64,000 nucleotides of DNA from an uncultured bacterium (GTDB lineage Bacteria; Krumholzibacteriota; Krumholzibacteriia; LZORAL124-64-63): positions 1,184,001 through 1,248,000 of the forward strand of contig CAVSGO010000007.1 in NCBI GenBank assembly GCA_963727525.1, written 5' to 3'. The notes under the pieces were generated by a model, which saw only the letters and a list, made by a program, of their open reading frames with translations, was not told the DNA's origin and made no database searches. This document shows positions 56,951 through 64,000 of the stretch, one piece after another. Numbering within the stretch: the stretch's first letter is position 1; every line of letters starts with the position of its first letter. The position numbers and the translations under genes are program-made.

Positions 56951-59900
56951 TGACCGCCTCCCTGGATGGTCTCCTTCATGCGGCTGTTCTCCTGATCGCG
57001 CGCCTTCGCGTCGAGCTTCTGCATGCGGTCGCGCAGCGTGGGATCGGGCTTGCCGGTCGCCGTCTCGTACCGCGTCACGAGGTCGCGGCATTTGCCGACC
57101 TCGCCTGCCGACTCGTACACGCGAAAGAGCAGATCATAGGCGAACGTCCACTGCGGTGCACGGTCGATCTGCTGTTCGAGCCAGGCGGCTGCCTGGTCGG
57201 CGCGGTCAAGGCCGAGCAGACCGCGCACGCCCGCCAGGATGGCCTGCTCCTCGATGGCCGGATCGATGCGGCCGTGCAGCGACTCGAGGAACGCGAGCGC
57301 CTTGGCGATCTGGCCATGTTCCATCAGCAACGCCGGGTAATAGCCGGTGGCGACGAGCGCGTTGGTCGGATCGAAGCGTAACGCCAGTTCGTAGCAGGTC
57401 AGGGCGCGGTCCGTGAGGTGGTCGTACGCCGTGGTATCGGCCGCGGCGAGATCGCCGTTGCTGGTACGCAGCTCCTCTGAATCCCGCAGGTAATCGAAGC
57501 CGGCGCGTGCGATCGAGACCGGGTAGTTGCCCAGGAGGTTCAACGTATTGGCGTCGCGATAGACGTCGGTGCGGTCGTGACCGACCAGCTCCAGGACCGG
57601 CGCGAGGTCGAGCCGCGTCGGCAGGCCGTACTTCTCCAGGTTCAGCGCCGGCGGCGTATCGCTCTGCCAGCCGACAGCCTCGGCGAAGCGCTGGTGCCGG
57701 GGTGCGTCGTCACCCGTGAGCAGTGCGCTCAGCTCGTACGCGCCCAGGACGTTGGCGAGCAGGCGCTCGCCATCGGTGGTGGGCAGGTTGTCCGGCGACT
57801 TGGTCTCGAGGAGCCGGTACGCCAGCCCTTCCATCTGCAGGAAGGGGAAGTAGGTGGCCATGTTCTCGCGCGGGATGGTCACGGCGAAGAACACGGGCCG
57901 TGGGTGCGCCGACCTGCGATTCGTGTCGACCACGTCCTGGACCACGTAGTCGCGCACGTAGACATAGGTGATGTTGCCGGTGTCCGCGTCGCGCAAGGCA
58001 CGTGGCCGCAGCGCCTCGACCTGCGCCTTGGTGAAGCTGAGCGGGATACCGGGATTCCTGCCGCGGAGCTGCTCCACGTACCACGGCAGGTTGACCAGCG
58101 AGAGGTTCACCACGGTCACGTCGCGCCGGAAGTGCTCCACCTCCTGCAGGTACCAGATCGGGAAGGTGTCGTTGTCGCCGTTGGTGAAGACGATCGCGTT
58201 CTCGTCGAGGCCGGCCAGGATGTTGTACGCGTACTGGTAGGGGATGCGGTTCTCGTGCCGGTCGTGCTCGAACCACTTCACATGGTGCGGCTGGATGAGC
58301 GGCAGCGCGGCAATGAGCACGAGCAAGGCGGCCGCCACCTTCGCCAGCACTCCAGTGGGCACGGCACGCACGGCCGCCACGGGCGCCAGGCGCCGCGGCA
58401 TGCCCCGTTGCTCGCCATAGGCGAGCAACGCGCCGCCGAGCACCGCCCCGTAGCACACCATGACGAAGAGCCGATCTTGCCCCGCGGCGAAGAGCGAGAG
58501 CATGAGCCCTCCGACCACCATCAACGCGATGAACATGAGTCCGAGTCCGAGCCGCGCGCCCCAGGAGCGCGCATTCCAGGCCGCCGGCGGCGGGGCGGCC
58601 GCGCGACCTCGCGCCGGTTCGCCAGGCCGGTCGATGAAGCGGCAGAGAAAAAGTCCCAGGAACGGGCCGCCGAAGAGGATGAATGGCAGCACGCCCGGAC
58701 GCGCGCCGGCGGGCGTGAAGACGAGCAGCACCATCGCCACGATGAACGCCGCACCCCAGCGCAACAGGAATCCCCGCGGCAGGAACGGACGCGCCGGCGG
58801 CGGCGGGTTGGCCTCGCGCTCGAGCTGGCCCAGGCTCGGTCCCTCGGGACCGGCGGTGAAACGCAGCAGGGCGGCCACCCCCAGTCCGATGAATACCGCG
58901 TAATACATGAAGGCCGCGAAGTAGAAATAGTCGCGTGCGCGGACCTCGTGGTCCGTGAAGTTGAGGTACAGCGTCAACAGATCGGCGTTCACGAGATACA
59001 GCGCCACCAGCATCCACAGCACGGGGCGCGCACGACGCACGCCGTTGACCAGCCCCAGGAGCCCCAGCGCGATGGGCCCGATGAGGGTGCCCAGGAACGC
59101 CGCCATCCCGTGCTTCTGCGACAGGAAGACGAACTGCTGCATGAGGAAGTCGTAGTAGTAGCGGAACTGGAAGCTCAGCGGCGCCTGGCGCTGGAGCGGA
59201 TTGAGCGCCGGGTACTGCTCGCGGCGCAGCACCGAGAGCAGGGTCTTGAAGTTGTCCGGCGTCGTCTGGTTGATCGCCGGCTCGGGATGCGCTCCGGCGC
59301 GGATGATCATCATCAGGTGCACCGACAGGCCCGCCACGAAGAGCAGCAGGGCGAGCAGCGCCAGCGGCCGCCGAGCCATGGCCCGCGCGACACACGCCAG
59401 CGTGTAGACGATGATCAGCGCCAGCAGGATGCCACCATTCGTGACGAAGGTGGTCGAGGCCAGGAACAGCGCCAGCCCCACCGACACGAGCATGAGGTCG
59501 AGGACCGGAAGCTGACGATCAGTGGTCATCCAGATCAGCAAGAAGATGCCCGGGTAGGCCAGCAACGACCCCAGGTGGAAACCGACGCCGAGGCCGAAGA
59601 GGTAGATGAGCAGCAGCAGCAGCCAGTTGCTACGCTCCTCCGTTCGGGTCTCGTACCAGCGCAGTCCGAGCCAGGTGAGCAGCGCCATCATGAAGCCGGC
59701 GAGACCATAGACCTCGGCCTCGATGGCATTGTTCCAGAACGTTTCCGAGAACGTCAGGAAGAGCGCCCCTACCACGCCGCCGGCGATGGCGATCCAGCCG
59801 CTGTCGGGATCGACCCGCCGCGCCAAGCGCACGATCACGAGGTAGCTCAGCATCACGGCGAGCGCGCTGAAGAACGCACTCATCCAGTTCACCGCGGCGG

Positions 59901-60147
59901 CGGTACGCGTGGACGCTGTCGTGGTGTCGGCTTGCCCCAGGACGCAATCAAATACGCGGCCCACAAGCACGTAGAGCGGCGTGCCCGGCTGGTGCGGGAT
60001 GCCGACGATATGGCTAGTCGTGATGTACTCGGCGCAATCCCAGAAGCTGATGGTCGGCGCCATGGTGGCGGTGTAGACACCCAGGGCAAGCAGGAAGACG
60101 CCGCCCGCCACGAGGTTCCCCGGGCGCAGGTACCACTTGCGGTCCAA
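56947..60147 (-). CDS. DUF2723 (TMEM260-like) GT-C protein with C-terminal TPR-like region
   Basis: SFWDCAEY, HQPGTPLY, EAEVY, RDYFY, FTNGDNDTFP.WY.QEVE..RRDV. Confidence 0.88.
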   Translation of the reverse strand: MDRKWYLRPGNLVAGGVFLLALGVYTATMAPTISFWDCAEYITTSHIVGIPHQPGTPLYVLVGRVFDCVLGQADTTTASTRTAAAVNWMSAFFSALAVMLSYLVIVRLARRVDPDSGWIAIAGGVVGALFLTFSETFWNNAIEAEVYGLAGFMMALLTWLGLRWYETRTEERSNWLLLLLIYLFGLGVGFHLGSLLAYPGIFLLIWMTTDRQLPVLDLMLVSVGLALFLASTTFVTNGGILLALIIVYTLACVARAMARRPLALLALLLFVAGLSVHLMMIIRAGAHPEPAINQTTPDNFKTLLSVLRREQYPALNPLQRQAPLSFQFRYYYDFLMQQFVFLSQKHGMAAFLGTLIGPIALGLLGLVNGVRRARPVLWMLVALYLVNADLLTLYLNFTDHEVRARDYFYFAAFMYYAVFIGLGVAALLRFTAGPEGPSLGQLEREANPPPPARPFLPRGFLLRWGAAFIVAMVLLVFTPAGARPGVLPFILFGGPFLGLFLCRFIDRPGEPARGRAAAPPPAAWNARSWGARLGLGLMFIALMVVGGLMLSLFAAGQDRLFVMVCYGAVLGGALLAYGEQRGMPRRLAPVAAVRAVPTGVLAKVAAALLVLIAALPLIQPHHVKWFEHDRHENRIPYQYAYNILAGLDENAIVFTNGDNDTFPIWYLQEVEHFRRDVTVVNLSLVNLPWYVEQLRGRNPGIPLSFTKAQVEALRPRALRDADTGNITYVYVRDYVVQDVVDTNRRSAHPRPVFFAVTIPRENMATYFPFLQMEGLAYRLLETKSPDNLPTTDGERLLANVLGAYELSALLTGDDAPRHQRFAEAVGWQSDTPPALNLEKYGLPTRLDLAPVLELVGHDRTDVYRDANTLNLLGNYPVSIARAGFDYLRDSEELRTSNGDLAAADTTAYDHLTDRALTCYELALRFDPTNALVATGYYPALLMEHGQIAKALAFLESLHGRIDPAIEEQAILAGVRGLLGLDRADQAAAWLEQQIDRAPQWTFAYDLLFRVYESAGEVGKCRDLVTRYETATGKPDPTLRDRMQKLDAKARDQENSRMKETIQGGGQ

Positions 60148-60195
60148 ACTGTCCCCTTACGTAAGCGGAATGAATACGCGCACTTCAGGCCGCAG

Positions 60196-60224
60196 AAGGT
60201 AACACACGGTCAAATGGGCGACAA
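60196..60224 (-). promoter_or_regulatory. Internal sigma70 promoter before the DUF2723 gene
   Basis: TTGTCG-N17-TACCTT with TGn extension. Confidence 0.55.
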
Positions 60225-60227
60225 CCC

Positions 60228-61196
60228 TCAACCCCTGACGGTGGCGTCGGTTCCCGCCGGGCGGCGGCTCCAGAACACGACCCCTCCCACGAGGCTGAAC
60301 GCCACCATCACCAGGAAGGCCATCATCTCCATGGCCACCACGGCGCGCGGTTCGAGCCCCGACCAGGGCAACAGGTAGGCCGACACGGTCTCGCGCAGCC
60401 CGATACCATTGATCGTCACCGGCAGTGTGAGGCTGATGGCCAGCATCGGCACCAGAACGAAGAGCTGCAGCACCTGAGCGCCCGCGAGCGACAGATGGAG
60501 GCCCCAGGCCACGGCCAGGTGCGTGACGATGCGCAGGGCCTGCACGACCAGGCTGTAGGCAAAGAGCCGCGCGAGGAGGCGCGGGCGCCGGCGGAAGGCC
60601 TGGAAATCGGCCACCACCATCGCCAGTTGCTCGGCCAGCGTGGGCATCCGCAACCGCCGGAGCCAGCCGGGCAACCGCGTACCCAGACGCCGCGACAGCA
60701 GGGCGGCGACCGCGCCACCCAGGACCAGCAGCACCCCGCCGAGCAGCCACGTCACCGGCGGCAACGGGATCCCGGCCCCCACGGCGACCGCGACGGCGAC
60801 CACCGCCACCATCGTCAGGGCGCTCAGGCCGAGCAGCCGATCCAGGAGCGTGGCGGCGAAGACCTTCGCCGCATCCTGCTCCCGGCGACCGAGATCGACG
60901 ACCTTGTAGATGTCGCCGCCCACGTTGGCAGGCAGGAAGTTGTTGAAGAACAGCCCCACCAGGTACAGCCGCACACACACGCGCATGCGGGTGCCGAGGC
61001 CGGCGGCATGCAGCAACCAGCCCCATTGCAGCGCGCCCCCGATCGCGGAGAGCCCGTAGACCGCGAGAGCCACCGCCAGCCACCCCCACATCGGCTGGCG
61101 CAGCGCGGCCTGGATCTCGGCCAGCGGCTGGCGCGAGAGCAACCAGGCCAGCAGGGCGAGACTGACGACGATCTTCGCCAGCTGCTTCGCGGTCAC
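60228..61196 (-). CDS. Lysylphosphatidylglycerol-synthase TM-domain (flippase-like) protein
   Basis: FFNNFLPANVGGD, LLDRLLG, LPVTINGIGLRE. Confidence 0.85.
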   Translation of the reverse strand: MTAKQLAKIVVSLALLAWLLSRQPLAEIQAALRQPMWGWLAVALAVYGLSAIGGALQWGWLLHAAGLGTRMRVCVRLYLVGLFFNNFLPANVGGDIYKVVDLGRREQDAAKVFAATLLDRLLGLSALTMVAVVAVAVAVGAGIPLPPVTWLLGGVLLVLGGAVAALLSRRLGTRLPGWLRRLRMPTLAEQLAMVVADFQAFRRRPRLLARLFAYSLVVQALRIVTHLAVAWGLHLSLAGAQVLQLFVLVPMLAISLTLPVTINGIGLRETVSAYLLPWSGLEPRAVVAMEMMAFLVMVAFSLVGGVVFWSRRPAGTDATVRG

Positions 61197-62314
61197 CGTT
61201 GCGCTCCGATCGCCACCCGCGCGAAGAGGTCGAGCGATTCACGCACGCACGTCGGCCACGCGAAGCTCGCAGCCCATACCCGCGCGGCGTCGCTGTAGCA
61301 GGCCCAGAGGTCGCGATCGTGCAGCAGGCTCAGCGCAGCGTGAGCCATGGCCTCGGCATCGCCGTAGGGCACGAGGATCCCGGTCTGCCCGTCGCGCACG
61401 GAGTCGCGCAGGCCGGGCCGGTCGCTCGCCACCACGGGCAAGCCGCACTGGTTGGCCTCCACCACCGTCAATCCCCACCCCTCCTTGGGGCTGGGGTTCA
61501 GGCACACGTGAGCCCGGTGCAGGGTGCGCACCAGCTCGTCCCAGGGCAGGTGGCCGGTGAAGGTGACGGCATCGGTCAGGCCGACCCGCGCCACGAGCCG
61601 GCGCAGCCGCGGCTCGTCCGGTCCGCGCCCCATGACGATCAGGTTCGCTTCCGGCAGCTCTTCTCGGATGTGCGCGAAGGCACGGATCGCCACGTCGTTG
61701 CTCTTGTAGCGTCGCAGCCGCGACCAGCACACCACCAGCGGCGTCTCGGTGCGCGGCGGCGGGTCGTCGAGGGCAAAGCGCTCGTGCGCGAGACCGCAGT
61801 GGATCACGGCGATGCGCTCGCGCGCGACGCCGCGCCGCGCGAGATCGTCGGCAGTGGACTGACTGATGACCTCGAATGTCGCGTGCCGGTAGACCAGCGG
61901 AATCGGCCACTCGCCGGCCCACACGTAGGTGGCAACCAGGGGGTTGGTCTCGCGGTACACCGTCCGCCCGAAGAGGTGCGGCACGATGACCAGCACCGGT
62001 ACCTTGCCCGCATAGAGCGGCGTGTAGAACGGGATCTTGTTGATGTCCTCGACGACGAGATCCCAGCTCTCCTCGCGCAGGCGCCGACGCACTACGGCCG
62101 GCAGCAGGATATTCGCGAAGCGCCAGTCGCCGTGGCGCCGCACCCGGACGCCGTCGAGCATATCGGTGGCCGGCGCGCCGGCATAGGCCGCGCAAATAAG
62201 TTCCACCTCGTGACCGTGGGCTGCCGCACCGCTGAGCAGGTGGTGCAGATGCTGCTCCGCGCCACCGCCGAGAGGGTCGCCGATGTCGCGCCAGTTCACC
62301 GCGAGGATCCTCAC
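61193..62314 (-). CDS. GT4 glycosyltransferase
   Basis: NWRD..P..GGAE, R...YK, EGWGLTVVEA. Confidence 0.92.
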   Translation of the reverse strand: MRILAVNWRDIGDPLGGGAEQHLHHLLSGAAAHGHEVELICAAYAGAPATDMLDGVRVRRHGDWRFANILLPAVVRRRLREESWDLVVEDINKIPFYTPLYAGKVPVLVIVPHLFGRTVYRETNPLVATYVWAGEWPIPLVYRHATFEVISQSTADDLARRGVARERIAVIHCGLAHERFALDDPPPRTETPLVVCWSRLRRYKSNDVAIRAFAHIREELPEANLIVMGRGPDEPRLRRLVARVGLTDAVTFTGHLPWDELVRTLHRAHVCLNPSPKEGWGLTVVEANQCGLPVVASDRPGLRDSVRDGQTGILVPYGDAEAMAHAALSLLHDRDLWACYSDAARVWAASFAWPTCVRESLDLFARVAIGAQR

Positions 62315-63072
62315 GGCTTGCGCCCCACGACGCCGATGGTGGGGGTGGTATACAGCGCCAGGCGACGTCGGCCGAACCAGTCGCGCCAGCCCTGGCCCAG
62401 GGTACCGAAGGGGCGCATGGGGAGCCGGGCGCCCGTGCGCGTGAGCACGACCTTTCGCAACGCGCGGTACCAGAGCCCCGGGACCATCCAGTCGCCGTAG
62501 CTTCGCTGCGGCACCAGGCCGGCCTGGCGCACCAGAGACTCCAGCTCGTCGATCGTGAACTGCGTCTCCCAGCCCGCAAACCACTTGCCCAGGGCGATGA
62601 GGACCTGCTTGCCCACGGTGTAGTAGTGGAACGTCTGCGGCACGTCCACCACGAGCACGCCGCCATCGCGCAGGACCCGCACGTTCTCGCGCAACAGCGG
62701 CAAGGGGTCGCGAAAGTGCTCGAGCAGGCCCTGATGGAAGACCACGTCGAAGGTGCCGTCGGGAAAGGGCATGGCCAGGCCGTCGCCACACACCGGCGCC
62801 ACGGGTGCCGACGCCGTCCGGGCCGCCTGCTGGGTCAAAAGTAGCGAGCCAGGCACGTAATCGAGGGTGATGATCTCGGCGCCGGCGGCTGCCAGGGTGA
62901 CGGCGTCGCGCCCCGTACCCGCGCCGACCTCGAGCACGCGCTTGCCGCGCAGGTCGCCCAGCGCGGTGATCTCGCGCACGAGGCGACCGTCGTTGCCGTA
63001 GACGTCGTCCAGGCCGTGCGCATCGGCTTGCTCCCAGAACTGCTGCCAGTGCCGCGGCGTCGATTCCCTCAC
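62311..63072 (-). CDS. Class I SAM-dependent methyltransferase
   Basis: VLEVGAGTG, MPFPDGTFDVVFHQGLLEHF. Confidence 0.9.
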   Translation of the reverse strand: MRESTPRHWQQFWEQADAHGLDDVYGNDGRLVREITALGDLRGKRVLEVGAGTGRDAVTLAAAGAEIITLDYVPGSLLLTQQAARTASAPVAPVCGDGLAMPFPDGTFDVVFHQGLLEHFRDPLPLLRENVRVLRDGGVLVVDVPQTFHYYTVGKQVLIALGKWFAGWETQFTIDELESLVRQAGLVPQRSYGDWMVPGLWYRALRKVVLTRTGARLPMRPFGTLGQGWRDWFGRRRLALYTTPTIGVVGRKP

Positions 63073-63476
63073 GGCTTCAGCCCCGCCGCCGCCCGGTCGA
63101 GCACGCCGTTCACGAACCCCACCGCGTGCTCGTCGCAGAACAAGCGTGCAAGCTCGCAAGCCTCGTTGATGGCCACCTTGTACGGCACCTCGGGGCTGTG
63201 ATGCAGCTCCGTGATGGCCAGCGTGAGGATGAGCCGTTCAAGCAGCCCGACCCGTTCGAGGTCCCAGTTCGCGAGCAACGGCGCGATCTCGCGCTCGTGG
63301 GCCGCGCCGTGATTGATGACCTTGCGCACGAGCTCGCGGGCGAAGTCGCTGGTCTCGTCGTTCGATTCGCGGCGGTCCAGCTGATCATCGAGGCACTGGA
63401 GCAGCCCCCCGCCGCTCACGCGGGAGGCGTACATGGCCTGCAGAACGATCGCGCGCCCCTTGCTGCGTTTGCCCAC
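63069..63476 (-). CDS. nusB: Transcription antitermination factor NusB
   Basis: RSKGR..VLQAMY, W...R...LERLIL, VAINEACELA, FVNGVLD. Confidence 0.94.
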   Translation of the reverse strand: MGKRSKGRAIVLQAMYASRVSGGGLLQCLDDQLDRRESNDETSDFARELVRKVINHGAAHEREIAPLLANWDLERVGLLERLILTLAITELHHSPEVPYKVAINEACELARLFCDEHAVGFVNGVLDRAAAGLKP

Positions 63477-63478
63477 GG

Positions 63479-63952
63479 TCACCCCTTGTCGATGGTGGCG
63501 TAGAGATCGATCATCTCGAGGGCGGTCATGGCCGCATCGAACCCCTTGTTGCCCGCCTTGGTTCCGGCCCGCTCGATCGCCTGGTCGAGAGTCTCGGCGG
63601 TGACGACACCGTAGACGACCGGGATGCTCGCTTCCAACCCCACCTGCGCGACGCCCTTCGTCAGCTCGTTGCTGATGTAGTGCCAATGGGGCGTGTCGCC
63701 CTGGATGACGCAACCCACGCAGATGACCGCCGCATACCGGCCGCTGCCGGCGAAGCGTTTGGCCACCGGCGGGATCTCGAAACCTCCAGGCACCCACGCC
63801 AGGTCCACCTGGTCGTCGCTCACACCGTGGCGGCGCAGGCAGTCGCGCGCGCCGTCCACCAGCTCGCTGGTGAAGAAATCGTTGAAGCGGCTGGCGACGA
63901 TGGCGATCTTCTGCCCACGCGCATCGAAGCGTCCCTCGTACGTCTTGCCCAT
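63479..63952 (-). CDS. ribH: 6,7-dimethyl-8-ribityllumazine synthase
   Basis: SRFN, VPGGFEIP, GCVIQGDTPH, QAIERAG.KAGNKG. Confidence 0.97.
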   Translation of the reverse strand: MGKTYEGRFDARGQKIAIVASRFNDFFTSELVDGARDCLRRHGVSDDQVDLAWVPGGFEIPPVAKRFAGSGRYAAVICVGCVIQGDTPHWHYISNELTKGVAQVGLEASIPVVYGVVTAETLDQAIERAGTKAGNKGFDAAMTALEMIDLYATIDKG

Positions 63953-63968
63953 GTCTCCTCCTGTGCGA

Positions 63969-64000
63969 TTACAGATGATCCAGCAGGTGGCCGAGGCGCG
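63969..64000 (-). CDS. ribBA: 3' end of probable GTP cyclohydrolase II (RibA/RibBA), partial
   Basis: ...RLGHLLDHL* immediately upstream of ribH; only about 10 codons visible. Confidence 0.55.
   Translation of the reverse strand, partial: RLGHLLDHL

Noticed and set aside
1-64000. CRISPR arrays, tRNA/rRNA, IS, integrase, prophage or defence genes
   Set aside because: No spaced direct repeats, cloverleafs or recombinase/transposase motifs found by eye; intergenic gaps are short and mostly explained

Overview
High-GC bacterial chromosome segment, gene-dense and mostly housekeeping. Gene content suggests a diderm of the FCB-associated candidate phyla (e.g. Krumholzibacteriota/Latescibacterota-like), which is inference only. 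Left to right: uvrB (partial), rodZ-like, valS; a secreted beta-helix protein; a PDZ-membrane-PP2C (RsbU-like) phosphatase; a 21-aa hydrophobic micropeptide unit; tlpA/dsbD; yigZ; an alternative sigma70-family factor; a GT-C/TPR protein; DUF4139; cheY-like; uppP; a TPR / degenerate MglA-like GTPase / unknown / zinc-ribbon+RomX-like cluster; recG; rpmB; two TPR genes after ftsZ; the dcw cluster (mraZ-STAS-rsmH-ftsL-ftsI-murE-murF-mraY-murD-ftsW-murG-murC-ftsQ-ftsA-ftsZ, no murB or ddl); a long polyprenol-phosphate-sugar glycosylation locus; nusB, ribH and the 3' end of ribBA. The most notable accessory signal is a candidate Myxococcus-like polarity module (pseudo-MglA plus RomX-like fusion) with readable sigma54/IHF and sigma28 promoters. 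Leaderless genes and several apparent pseudo-enzymes are also visible. No rRNA, tRNA, CRISPR array or mobile element was recognised. Start codons were re-picked by eye from RBS and overlap evidence.
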